From Guillardia theta nucleomorph (lineage: Eukaryota > Protista > Cryptophyta): 32,000 bases of DNA. The notes beneath the pieces are model-generated. The model saw only the letters and a program-made list of their open reading frames with translations, had not been told where the DNA came from and did not search any database. The stretch is taken from contig AF165818.4 in assembly GCA_000002975.1 (NCBI GenBank), positions 120,001 through 152,000 on the forward strand, in the 5' to 3' direction. Both the position numbers and the translations under genes were made by a program. Below, one piece after another: positions 9,210 to 18,897 of the stretch. Numbering within the stretch: the stretch's first letter is position 1; each line of letters starts with the position of its first letter.

Positions 9210-9722
9210 ATGAACCACAGGAATCATTATGAGTATTTAAGTTTATTTGAAAAAATGATGACTTATGATCAATTATTGAAAAGATTATTCAACGAAAAAT
9301 TATCCACTTCACGTTCTTGTTCTAAACTTATAATTCCTATTCCTAAAGTCTTTAGAGAGGGATCTAAAAAAACAGTATATAAAAATTTTCTCGATACAAC
9401 TGAAAAATTAAATCGAGACAAAGATCATTTGATTAGTTTTATTTGTAATGAACTCAGAACTTATGCTTCTATCCAAGAGGGAGGAGGGCTTGCTATCAAA
9501 GGAAGATTTAATGAAAAAGATATTCAAAAAATTATGAGGATTTACATACCTGATTATGTTTTATGCAAAAGTTGTAATTCATGGAAAACTGATTTAAGAA
9601 AAGATATTATAACTAGATTATATTTTATGGACTGTAAAACTTGTGGTGCATCAAGGTCTGTAGCAAGCATCAAAAAAAACAGTTTTGAAATAATTGACAA
9701 AAGAAAAAATAAAAATCTTTAA
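9210..9722 (+). CDS. EIF2S2: Translation initiation factor eIF2 beta subunit
   Basis: YDQLLKRLF, REGSKKT, ELRT..SI, IKGRF, YVLCKSC...CKTCGASRSV Zn ribbon. Confidence 0.93.
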   Translation: MNHRNHYEYLSLFEKMMTYDQLLKRLFNEKLSTSRSCSKLIIPIPKVFREGSKKTVYKNFLDTTEKLNRDKDHLISFICNELRTYASIQEGGGLAIKGRFNEKDIQKIMRIYIPDYVLCKSCNSWKTDLRKDIITRLYFMDCKTCGASRSVASIKKNSFEIIDKRKNKNL

Positions 9723-11773
9723 ATATCCAAAGAATCAATTTTTATCAAACTTGCTTGTATTTGAATAAATTTTTTACGTTCAGGAACTTTGGATCCCATC
9801 AATACTTCGAAAATTTTATCTGCTCTTTTAGCATCTGAAAGTTTAATTTTTTTAAGAATTCTCATCTCCGGTGACATTGTAGTTTTCCAAAGTTGTTCAG
9901 GCATCATTTCTCCTAATCCTTTGAAACGTTGGATGTTTTTATTGAAGTGGGAAGATTGGATAATATATTCTAATTCTCCTTCAGAGTAACAATATTGAGT
10001 ATTTTTATCCAAATTTTTATTTTTCTTATTTTCAATTTTATACAAAGGAGGACACGCGATATATACAAATCCTTTATCAATTAGTTCTTTTTGATATCTA
10101 TAAAAAAAAGTTAATAATAAAGTTCTAATATGAGCCCCATCAACATCTGCATCTGTCATGATAATTATCTTATGATACCTTAAATTCGAGAGGTCTTCAT
10201 CATTTCCTCGTACTCCCAAACCCAGAGCAGAAATTAAAGATTGTATTTCAGTGTTATTGTAAATTTTTTTTTCATCGTTTTTTTCTATATTTATTATTTT
10301 ACCTCTCAATGGTAATATGGCCTGGAATCTTCTGTCTCTAGCTTGTTTAGCAGAACCTCCTGCTGAATCTCCTTCGACGATAAAAATTTCAGAAAATTGA
10401 GGATTTTTTTCGCTACAATCAGATAGTTTCCCAGGTAATGTTATACCTTCTAAAATTGATTTTTTTCTAACAAGTTCTTTGGCTTTTTTTGAAGCCTCGT
10501 ATGCATTCATTGCTGATATAGCTTTTTCGAGAACAATGTTTAATAAATTAGAATTATTTTCGATGAAATGAATTTCTCCTTCTTCTTTTATTAGATTTTC
10601 AACTAGAAATTTAATGTCAGGGTTGCCAAGTTTTGATTTAATTTGACCTTCAAATTCTGGTTCTGAAGTCTTTACATTAATCAAACAAGTTAATCCTTCT
10701 CTTATGAACTCTCCAGAAATTGAATTAAGTTTTTCTTTACTTTTAATTTTTTTTTTGCTTAATAAATTCACAAGTTTAGTAATTCCTTGTTTGAATCCAT
10801 CAACATGTGTTCCTCCTTCAACAGTTCTGATGTTATTAACAAAACTTAGAATATTTTCTTGATATTGTTCGGACGACCACACAAACCCAATTTCAATTTG
10901 AGAATTGTTGAATATTTTTGAAAGAATAATAGGATTATGTAATCTTTTTTTGTTTATTGTCATCTCATTGATATATTCCATGATACCTCCATCGTGTAAA
11001 AATAAAGATGATTTTATTATTTTAGACCTTCTATCTTCTAATAATAGTTTTAAATTTGAATTAAGAAATGCGAGCTCATTTAGTCTTCCACCAATTACAT
11101 AAGAATCAAAATCAAATTCAGAAAAAAAAATCTGATAATCAGGTTTGAAATTAATTGTAGTTCCATTTATGATGTTTTTTTTAAAAGAACTTATATTGCA
11201 TTCTGAAATTTTTTTTCCTCTAACGAATCTCATACCTATTTTCCTTTGATTTCTTTGGGTATTAATGTTTAAATATTCACTCAATCCATTAACAACACTT
11301 ACACCAACGCCGTGTAACCCTCCTGAAACTTTATAACCACCTCCACCAAATTTACCACCTGCATGTAGAATAGTCAAGACTGTTTCTAATGCAGTTTTAT
11401 TTGTTATTGGATGAAGATCAGTTGGTATCCCTCTGCCATTATCTCTTATAGTTACCGATTTATCCGAATTTATAATAACATCAACTTTTTCGCAAAAACC
11501 AGCCATTGATTCGTCAACTGAATTATCTACTATTTCGTATACTAAATGATGAAAACCTTTTAAACCTGTACTACCTATAAAGACACCAGGTCTCCTTCTA
11601 ACTGGCTCAAGGCCTTCTAATACTGTTATATTATTTGCATTATAATTATTATTTGAATTCGCATTATTTAGTGAAGATTTATTATTTATATCCGTTATAA
11701 ATTTTTTCGAGAGAATTCTTCCTGAAAATTGAATGATCTGTTGTGACAAATTAATAGAATATTTGTATATCAT
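9719..11773 (-). CDS. gyrB: DNA gyrase subunit B, plastid-targeted
   Basis: EGLEPVRRRPG, EIVDNSVDE, DNGRGIP, HAGGKFGGGGYKVSGGLHGVG, EGDSAGG, PLRGK, MTDADVDG, QRFKGLGEM. About 45-aa N-terminal extension. Confidence 0.97.
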   Translation of the reverse strand: MIYKYSINLSQQIIQFSGRILSKKFITDINNKSSLNNANSNNNYNANNITVLEGLEPVRRRPGVFIGSTGLKGFHHLVYEIVDNSVDESMAGFCEKVDVIINSDKSVTIRDNGRGIPTDLHPITNKTALETVLTILHAGGKFGGGGYKVSGGLHGVGVSVVNGLSEYLNINTQRNQRKIGMRFVRGKKISECNISSFKKNIINGTTINFKPDYQIFFSEFDFDSYVIGGRLNELAFLNSNLKLLLEDRRSKIIKSSLFLHDGGIMEYINEMTINKKRLHNPIILSKIFNNSQIEIGFVWSSEQYQENILSFVNNIRTVEGGTHVDGFKQGITKLVNLLSKKKIKSKEKLNSISGEFIREGLTCLINVKTSEPEFEGQIKSKLGNPDIKFLVENLIKEEGEIHFIENNSNLLNIVLEKAISAMNAYEASKKAKELVRKKSILEGITLPGKLSDCSEKNPQFSEIFIVEGDSAGGSAKQARDRRFQAILPLRGKIINIEKNDEKKIYNNTEIQSLISALGLGVRGNDEDLSNLRYHKIIIMTDADVDGAHIRTLLLTFFYRYQKELIDKGFVYIACPPLYKIENKKNKNLDKNTQYCYSEGELEYIIQSSHFNKNIQRFKGLGEMMPEQLWKTTMSPEMRILKKIKLSDAKRADKIFEVLMGSKVPERKKFIQIQASLIKIDSLDI

Positions 11774-11818
11774 TATAATTAAAAATAATTAAATTAATTT
11801 AGTTACTTATATATTTGT

Positions 11819-12325
11819 ATGAATGAATTGTTTAATGTCAAGTTAAACTTAATTTTACAAATTTCAAGTTTTCATATAGCTTCAACATCAAGAATAAATA
11901 TTTACTGTAATGAAAGAAGGCTTTTTAAAGATTTTAAAATCAAAAAATATGTTAATTCGATCATAAAAAATAAAAAGTCTATTACCATATATTTCTTTCC
12001 AATGAAAATAAAAAGTTTTATAAATATCAATGATAAATTTTCTAAAAGTTACCAAAAAGAATATAATAAAACTATAAAAAGTGAGGAACTAGTGGGCTAT
12101 AAAACTTTTTTAGGTAATGAAGATTTAGAAAATATATCAAATATTATAAATTTTGAGAAAATTTTCGAAAAAAAAATTATTAAACATTTTTATACTAAAA
12201 TTGATAATAAAAGTGTAACTTATCATGATATTCAGTTGATGGGTGATAGATATTTTTTAGAAAAAAAAAAGCTACTATATAAATTTAATAATTTAATTTC
12301 ATTATTAAATAGCATATCTAAATAA
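11819..12325 (+). CDS. Hypothetical protein
   Basis: 168-aa ATG-initiated ORF filling the space between gyrB and the WD40 gene. No motif recognised. Confidence 0.55.
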   Translation: MNELFNVKLNLILQISSFHIASTSRINIYCNERRLFKDFKIKKYVNSIIKNKKSITIYFFPMKIKSFININDKFSKSYQKEYNKTIKSEELVGYKTFLGNEDLENISNIINFEKIFEKKIIKHFYTKIDNKSVTYHDIQLMGDRYFLEKKKLLYKFNNLISLLNSISK

Positions 12326-12340
12326 AATATTCAACATATA

Positions 12341-14608
12341 ATGAATCCAATTTTTACATTCGAAGGCGTTCTTAGCTGCAATAATGTTAAATTTTTAAAA
12401 GGAACCAAATTTCCAACAATAATAATTATCTTTTCCAAAACTTCTATGAGTTTTTGGAATTGTAGAAAACAAGTGTGTATTAGTTCTTTTAATTTTGCTA
12501 AGAATTCCCAAATTACACATCCTGATATAAAAATATCTAATATCGATAGTTCAAGAATTTTTAATATTGCTATTGCTTACACTAATGGAAACTTGAGTCT
12601 TTGGAATGTGGATTTATCTAACTTCAAAGTGAAAAAAATTGAAATAAGAGGAAATTTGTTGGATATATCATCATTTTGTTTAGATTTAGATATAATTATT
12701 TCTGGATCTGAAAAAGGAAATATTTCAGTATGGGATGTTAAAAAAAATAATTTTATCAAAAAATTTAAAGCTCATAATTGTAAAATAAAAAAAATCAAGA
12801 TCATTAAATTCAAAAAAAAATCATTCTTTGTTACTCAAGGCAATGATAATAAATTAAAGTTTTGGAGTAATTCAAAATTTTTATGTTTTAAAGTTTTTAG
12901 GATACAAAAAAATGTTTTTTTTGATTTTAAAATTTTAACTAATTCTAAAACTATAATAATCATTTTAAGCTCTGGAAAAATTTTATTTTACAAAATAGAC
13001 GCATCATTAAATTTAAAATTTATTTTAAAGTATGAAACGAAATCAATTAGTTTAAATACTATCGCTAAATTTGTGTATAAAAAAAGATGTTTAATACTCA
13101 CTGATTCAAAAATTTGTAAAATTCATTTTATATCAATTCACAAAAAAAAAATTCAATTATCTACAACTAAAAAATTTAAAAATATAAATTTAATTCATCA
13201 TTTTGATATTTTTGAAAATTTTTTGAGTGAAAATTTTTTTTTTTTGATTGGATTCAATCGAAAAAATAAAATAAACATCTATGAGGTTGACACAGAAGAT
13301 GTACAATTTAAAACTCGATACTTAATGAGAAAATATATTACCGTTAATAACATTTTAAACTGTTGTGAAATTAAAAGTTTACATTGGCTAAACGATAATA
13401 ACTATTTGATATCTTTATGCGGTTCAAAAAGAAGGATATTTTTATGGTCAATCTCTAATAAAAAAATAATTAAACAAATAAAAACTATTTCAAAATCTAA
13501 TTGTATGAAAATAATAGATGAGAAATTAATAATAATAGGTACTAAATTTGGAAGATTAGAAATTTATGAATTTAATTTGGCAAAACCAGTAGTCTCAGTA
13601 ATGGAACATAATGGTACAATATGGTGTATTGATATTTTTATTGAAAAATTCAAAATTATAACAACTGGATCAGACAAAAATCTTATAATTTGGATTATAA
13701 ATGAAAAAAAAATTATTCCTATCAAAAAAATACAATTATTAGAACAAACAACGTTTGTTAAAACATTGTCGTCTAAAAAGATGATTTTTGTTAGCGTTAC
13801 AAGTGGATCGGTAATTATCTTTTGTTCAGAAACGCTTGAATTTAAAAAGCAGATTAATTGTCATAGTTTACCTGTTTTGTCTATAGAAATCTCTATTAGT
13901 TTAAATCTATTAATTACAGGATCTTCCGATTCGTCAATAGGTATCTGGGATTTAAATTTTTTATATCAAAAAAAATTAATAACAGATAAAAACGAAGGGA
14001 TCACATCAGTTGCTTTAATCAATTGGGTTAATAATTTAGTTTCAGGAACAAGAAATGGAACTATTAAAGTATGGAATCTTTTTTCGTATAGTTTAATTGC
14101 TCAATATTTTTTTATACATCAAGGTCCAGTATGGAGCATTGTTACATCAATTAACTGTAAATATTTAGCATCAGGATCATCTGATTCTTCAATAATAATT
14201 TGGAGATTGTATCCTAATGATACAAAAAGCTTAGATGAAAATACTATATCAAAAAATAATTTATTAGACACAACTATAATAAAATCAGACAATAAAAACT
14301 ATGATGTTAGTCATATTAATTCTTTTAAAACTAAATCTAGTAGATTCAAATTTACAAAATTTTTACTGAAAGATCCTAATAGTCTTTTAATGCATATTGT
14401 AGATATAACTAAAAAAAATAAAAAAGTATTACCAAATCATTTCGACTTGAAAACTACAATTTTTTTATTAAAAGAAGTTATAAAAAAAAATAATAAAATA
14501 AAATTAAACCCAGAATTTCAATATATAAAGATAAAGATCAAAAATAAGTTAACAAAAGAACTATTAGAAATTGACAAGTTTCTTGAATTAATAAATAATT
14601 TACTATAG
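12341..14608 (+). CDS. DIP2: WD40-repeat U3 snoRNP/SSU processome protein UTP12/DIP2 (WDR3)
   Basis: Many WD repeats. HNGTIWCID and HSLPVLSIEIS...LITGSSD..IGIWDL correspond to UTP12 H.LPVL.MDIS...TGSAD..KIWGL. Confidence 0.8.
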   Translation: MNPIFTFEGVLSCNNVKFLKGTKFPTIIIIFSKTSMSFWNCRKQVCISSFNFAKNSQITHPDIKISNIDSSRIFNIAIAYTNGNLSLWNVDLSNFKVKKIEIRGNLLDISSFCLDLDIIISGSEKGNISVWDVKKNNFIKKFKAHNCKIKKIKIIKFKKKSFFVTQGNDNKLKFWSNSKFLCFKVFRIQKNVFFDFKILTNSKTIIIILSSGKILFYKIDASLNLKFILKYETKSISLNTIAKFVYKKRCLILTDSKICKIHFISIHKKKIQLSTTKKFKNINLIHHFDIFENFLSENFFFLIGFNRKNKINIYEVDTEDVQFKTRYLMRKYITVNNILNCCEIKSLHWLNDNNYLISLCGSKRRIFLWSISNKKIIKQIKTISKSNCMKIIDEKLIIIGTKFGRLEIYEFNLAKPVVSVMEHNGTIWCIDIFIEKFKIITTGSDKNLIIWIINEKKIIPIKKIQLLEQTTFVKTLSSKKMIFVSVTSGSVIIFCSETLEFKKQINCHSLPVLSIEISISLNLLITGSSDSSIGIWDLNFLYQKKLITDKNEGITSVALINWVNNLVSGTRNGTIKVWNLFSYSLIAQYFFIHQGPVWSIVTSINCKYLASGSSDSSIIIWRLYPNDTKSLDENTISKNNLLDTTIIKSDNKNYDVSHINSFKTKSSRFKFTKFLLKDPNSLLMHIVDITKKNKKVLPNHFDLKTTIFLLKEVIKKNNKIKLNPEFQYIKIKIKNKLTKELLEIDKFLELINNLL

Positions 14609-14610
14609 TA

Positions 14611-14690
14611 TCCGTTCTGCCAGATTCGAACTAGCGACCATCTGATTATTTATCTACAGTCAGATGCTCTTCCAACTGAGCTAAGAACGG
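14611..14690 (-). tRNA. trnY: tRNA-Tyr(GTA) with a 7-nt intron at 14647-14653
   Basis: Minus strand reads CCGTTCT TA GCTC AGTTGGAA GAGC A TCTGA CTGTAG [ATAAATA] A TCAGA TGGTC GCTAG TTCGAAT CTGGC AGAACGG A. The cloverleaf is complete and is 73 nt after intron removal. Confidence 0.95.
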
Positions 14691-15605
14691 ATGATTTTAT
14701 ATGTAACTAAAAATAATAAAATTATAATTAACAAATTTGATGTTATCAATGAGACTTACTACGGAAATAAATATCACGAGATTGATTTTAGACAAAAGAG
14801 CGTTAATAAAATTTCTGATCACAAAAAAAATATAGTATTTGGTATTAATAAAGAAAAACTATTTTTTTTTAATAATATAAATAGAAAATTCGTAGAAATT
14901 TTTTCTATTAAACCCAATAAATTTTCAGATTTTTTCATATATGATCAATCTAATGTGGTAGTTAGTGATAAAAATTTTATATTATTATATAATTTTTCAA
15001 AATACCTTAAAAATGAACTCAAATACGTTTACAAATTTGACTCCAATATCTCTGAGATGCACTATCATAAATTAAGTAAAATTTTCTTCATAAAATTTTT
15101 TAACAAAAACCGGATTGATATGTGGAAAGTTAACGATAAAAATTTAGTTTATATAAATACATGTAATTTATACGATTGTAATAGTCTAAATTTATCCAAT
15201 CAAAAAATGGAATTTTTTATGTATAATGAAAAGAAAGAAATTTTATTACTATATGATTTGTTTGGAAATGTCAAATCTAAAATTAAAATCGATATACTTT
15301 CAAACAATAAAAAAAAATTATATTCTAATTTTGTAAAATGGTTTGATACTAACTCTTTTTTACTAACAACTTCAAAGAGTTCATTAGATTTATATGATTT
15401 TAGAATAAAATCTAAAGTTTCTAGTATTTATTTAAATACAGAAAAAATTACGCACCTGGAAACTAGTAATAACTCAGAAAGATTCAATTTTAATTTTTTC
15501 TACGTTGATAAAGCTAAACTGTTGAATGTTTTTGATATTAGAAATTATAAAAATATATTATCTATAAACGCCAGAAATACTATTAAAAATATATTCATTA
15601 ATTAA
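14691..15605 (+). CDS. Divergent WD40-like beta-propeller protein
   Basis: Repeated blade ends (IDMWKV, LLLYDL, LDLYDFR, LNVFDIR). The ATG directly abuts the 5' end of tRNA-Tyr. Confidence 0.55.
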   Translation: MILYVTKNNKIIINKFDVINETYYGNKYHEIDFRQKSVNKISDHKKNIVFGINKEKLFFFNNINRKFVEIFSIKPNKFSDFFIYDQSNVVVSDKNFILLYNFSKYLKNELKYVYKFDSNISEMHYHKLSKIFFIKFFNKNRIDMWKVNDKNLVYINTCNLYDCNSLNLSNQKMEFFMYNEKKEILLLYDLFGNVKSKIKIDILSNNKKKLYSNFVKWFDTNSFLLTTSKSSLDLYDFRIKSKVSSIYLNTEKITHLETSNNSERFNFNFFYVDKAKLLNVFDIRNYKNILSINARNTIKNIFIN

Positions 15606-15619
15606 TCTTAATTAAAAGA

Positions 15620-16177
15620 ATGTCTGAGAAATCAAACTTAGCTCCTTTTATAAAAAAACTTTACCAACTGGTCAATGATCCAATGACTAATGACTATATT
15701 TGCTGGGAAAAGAATGAAACATGTTTCATAGTTAATAAACCTACTGAATTATCTGTTTATATTCTGCCAAGATATTTCAAACACAATAATTTTTCATCTT
15801 TTGTTCGTCAGTTAAATCAATATGGTTTTCATAAACTTGAACCTAATGAATGGGTCTTTGGACATCCATATTTCAAGGGAGGAGATAAATTAAAATTAAG
15901 TTCAATAAAAAGAAAAAAACAATGGAGTTCCCAAAAAAATGTTAGTGTTGATTTTTATAATAATGAAATTTTTAAAAAATTAATTTATGAACTCGATACA
16001 TTAAAAAAATATAAACAAGTTTTAACTAAGGACATATTAGACGTATGTAGAAGGCAAGAAAGATTTTTGATAAAACAGCAATCTATTGAAACTAAAATAA
16101 AAAAAATAGAAGAAGAACTTAATAATTTAAAATATTTAGTTTTTGGATATTTTGGAAAAATTTTAAAAAGTAACTGA
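15620..16177 (+). CDS. hsf: Heat shock transcription factor
   Basis: HSF DNA-binding domain PFIKKLYQLV...LPRYFKHNNFSSFVRQLNQYGFHK...W.F.HP.F followed by a heptad coiled coil. Confidence 0.95.
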   Translation: MSEKSNLAPFIKKLYQLVNDPMTNDYICWEKNETCFIVNKPTELSVYILPRYFKHNNFSSFVRQLNQYGFHKLEPNEWVFGHPYFKGGDKLKLSSIKRKKQWSSQKNVSVDFYNNEIFKKLIYELDTLKKYKQVLTKDILDVCRRQERFLIKQQSIETKIKKIEEELNNLKYLVFGYFGKILKSN

Positions 16178-16232
16178 AAAAAAATAACATATTTACAATA
16201 ATCATTTAGATATTTTTATCTATATATTTACC

Positions 16233-16901
16233 ATGTATTTATTTATAAACTGTTCAAATTATTTTAAAAAGGTTTTAACAAAAAAATGCAATTCCGAAAA
16301 AAAAAAAAGTTATTTAAATTTAAACCAATCCTTAATTGAAAAATTTTGTAGTTATATCGAAGGCGATTGGAATAATTATGACCAAAATCAAAAGTTTCCA
16401 TCATTGTGGTCACACATTCGTGTTTGTTTTAGGACTATTCCTGAAGAAAATGTAGGACCTAACTGTTTTTATGTAGAATCTGCCTATGATTACATGTTAG
16501 ATAAACCTTACAAAACAGTTGTAGTCAGAATAATCGAAAAAGATGGATTTATAGAAATGGAAAATTTTAAATTAAAAAGTCCTGAAGATTTTTGGTTTGG
16601 ATCAAGAGATTCTTCTTTGTTGCTAAATTTAAAAGTAGATGATTTAATCAAATTTAATGATGATTGTAATTCAATATTTTATTATAAAGAAAATGAAGAT
16701 ATTTTCTATGGTATTACTAAACCAGGAAAAAAATGTATAATAATAAGAAACGGTGTTAAAACATATCTAGATTCGCGTATAACACTTTCAAAAAGTAAAT
16801 ATACGAGCTGGGATATTGGTAGAAGCTATGAGAGTGAGTTACAACTATGGGGATCAACATCTGGGCCTTTTTGTTTTGAAAAACAAGACTTTAAATTTTA
16901 A
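16233..16901 (+). CDS. cpeT: CpeT/CpcT-type phycobiliprotein lyase, plastid-targeted
   Basis: GDWNNYDQ...P.LWSHIRVCFR, YVESAYDY..KPY, C.I.R.G..TYL, SWD.G......WGS..GPF.F. N-terminal extension MYLFINC. Confidence 0.88.
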   Translation: MYLFINCSNYFKKVLTKKCNSEKKKSYLNLNQSLIEKFCSYIEGDWNNYDQNQKFPSLWSHIRVCFRTIPEENVGPNCFYVESAYDYMLDKPYKTVVVRIIEKDGFIEMENFKLKSPEDFWFGSRDSSLLLNLKVDDLIKFNDDCNSIFYYKENEDIFYGITKPGKKCIIIRNGVKTYLDSRITLSKSKYTSWDIGRSYESELQLWGSTSGPFCFEKQDFKF

Positions 16902-16949
16902 TTGTTTTATTAGATATCATTTAATTTTAACAATACTATTTAGTTTTTT

Positions 16950-17318
16950 ATGAACAACTATACTTTTACAAAATTTAAAATTCCAATATATTTTCTAAAA
17001 TTAATAAAAACAAAAAGTATTCATCTTTTACACAAAGTTTATTACAATCCTAAAAAATTTAATTTCCATAGTAAATTTAATAGCGAAAAGAAAATAAGTT
17101 TTATCTTCAAAAGAAAATTTACAGAATTTTTTTTAACATTCAGATTAAATAGCAAATATGAACTGATAAGCTATGTTAATACGAAAAATTTTATAAATTT
17201 TAATAAAATTAAAGTCAAAAATTTTATCGAAAGAATAGATCTTATGATAAAAGAAAATTTCTTAAAGAGACATTTACTACATGATTTTAGATTGATTTTC
17301 AAAAAGAAATATACTTAA
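16950..17318 (+). CDS. Hypothetical protein
   Basis: 122-aa ATG ORF, K/F/I-rich, collinear with its neighbours. No motif recognised. Confidence 0.45.
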   Translation: MNNYTFTKFKIPIYFLKLIKTKSIHLLHKVYYNPKKFNFHSKFNSEKKISFIFKRKFTEFFLTFRLNSKYELISYVNTKNFINFNKIKVKNFIERIDLMIKENFLKRHLLHDFRLIFKKKYT

Positions 17319-17432
17319 ATTCAATGACTCTATTGATTTTGTATTTAACATAATCAAAACACATTTGGTTTATTATATTTTTAAACATTTATTTATAATA
17401 TCATAATTACATCTGAACATTTTCAAGAGACT

Positions 17433-18545
17433 ATGATAAAGGATAATACTTCAAATTTCGAAAAAAGAAAATCAGAAGATTTTAAAGAGGATTATATATC
17501 TTCTCTTGACCAGAAAAAAATAAATAAAATTGAAACTCAATATTATTTTGAAAAAGTTCAAAAGTGTACAAAATATAATATAATGGATTATGATTATATA
17601 AAAATTAATGAGAGTATGAGCAATTGTATACGATTGTTTGATATTTCTACGGAAACGAAAAATTGTCTAAATATTTATGAAATAAACAAAATCAACAAAA
17701 TTAATAGAGTTCATAAAAAAACTATACATTTTAATTCACAGATTGTTCACATGAGCGTTCTAAATGATTATAATCTTTCAACAAACGAAAACTGTTTGTT
17801 TTCGACTATATTTAAAAAAAAAAATTTCTCAATATTTCAATTTTTTGATGATTTAGAATTTGGTAAAATATTTTCCATTAAAACGGTAGGTAAAATTTAT
17901 AATGCTTTGTCATACAAATCAATTCTTAAATTTGATAATAAAGTAGTAAATTTTAATCCGTTTAACAACAACTTGTTATTTTTTGATCATAAAAATTTAG
18001 AATTTAACAGCATAGAATTAAAAAAAGGGAAAATATTTAAAAAAAAGATTAAAAGCAAAATAGTTAATTTTGAATTGAAATATAGCCTTAGTACAGAATT
18101 TCTTTATCACGACTCTAAAAAAATATTTTATGACGATTTTAGACAAAGAAACACACCTTTAATTATAGATTATTGCGAAAGAATGAATAAAGTTCAGTAT
18201 TATTCAGACACTAAATTATTATTAGTTTTTGAAGAGCATGCCTTAAAAATAATTGATATAAGATTTCCTTCAAATAAGAATATAATTTTTTACAAATCAA
18301 TTTCATATGATCATGTGAAATATATAAAAATTAATATTTCTAGAAACAAGATAATTTTGTGTAATTCTAATAGTATAAACATAATTGATTTATCAGATAC
18401 AAACAATCCAAAAGAAAAATCAATAAACATTAAGGGATTATGTTTCAATCCGAAAGTACAGTGGGCATACCATAATAATAGAGAAAGTTTGTTATTTTTT
18501 GATTTAAATACTGAAAAAAAAAAACTTAAATTTTATTCAATATAA
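17433..18545 (+). CDS. Divergent WD40-like protein
   Basis: 370 aa. Blade-like ends IRLFDIS, IFYDDFR, LKIIDIR, INIIDLS, LLFFDL. Confidence 0.5.
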   Translation: MIKDNTSNFEKRKSEDFKEDYISSLDQKKINKIETQYYFEKVQKCTKYNIMDYDYIKINESMSNCIRLFDISTETKNCLNIYEINKINKINRVHKKTIHFNSQIVHMSVLNDYNLSTNENCLFSTIFKKKNFSIFQFFDDLEFGKIFSIKTVGKIYNALSYKSILKFDNKVVNFNPFNNNLLFFDHKNLEFNSIELKKGKIFKKKIKSKIVNFELKYSLSTEFLYHDSKKIFYDDFRQRNTPLIIDYCERMNKVQYYSDTKLLLVFEEHALKIIDIRFPSNKNIIFYKSISYDHVKYIKINISRNKIILCNSNSINIIDLSDTNNPKEKSINIKGLCFNPKVQWAYHNNRESLLFFDLNTEKKKLKFYSI

Positions 18546-18803
18546 TATTTTGGAATTTGATTCTTCTAAAAATTTTGAATTTATAATATAATTTTTTAAA
18601 TGTTTTATCCTATTTTTTCTCGCAGTTTTTAGATATTTTATAAAAAAATTATAATTTTTTATGAAAATGTGTCGTACTTTCCCTGATAATAAATTGGTTT
18701 GCGATCTATTAAAATATGAACATTTTTGTTTGAAACTAAAAAAAATATTAAATTCGGAATATTCAAGTATTAAACCATAAATTTTAGTATACTCAATACT
18801 CAT
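18537..18803 (-). CDS. Hypothetical protein (88 aa from ATG 18803)
   Basis: The ORF-track start (18842) lies inside tRNA-Leu. The next in-frame ATG is 18803 (MSIEY...). 9-nt convergent overlap with the 17433-18545 ORF. Confidence 0.4.
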   Translation of the reverse strand: MSIEYTKIYGLILEYSEFNIFFSFKQKCSYFNRSQTNLLSGKVRHIFIKNYNFFIKYLKTARKNRIKHLKNYIINSKFLEESNSKILY

Positions 18804-18817
18804 ACTTGTATTAGTAT

Positions 18818-18897
18818 TGAAATGGATGGGATTCGAACCCATGCCTTTTCAGACTGGAGCCTAAATCCAGCGCCTTAGACCACTCGGCCACCATTTC
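18818..18897 (-). tRNA. trnL: tRNA-Leu(TAG)
   Basis: Minus strand reads GAAATGG TGGCCGAGTGGTCTAAGGCG CTGGA TTTAGGC TCCAG TCTGAAAAGGC ATGGG TTCGAAT CCCAT CCATTTC A, with a long variable arm. Confidence 0.96.

Noticed and set aside
17320-17425. Possible H/ACA snoRNA (TTGATT...AATCAA hairpin, later ACA)
   Set aside because: No convincing second hairpin or rRNA target for the pocket. AT-rich pairing is likely chance.
18804-18842. N-terminal extension of ORF 18537-18842
   Set aside because: The ATG is part of the tRNA-Leu T-arm.
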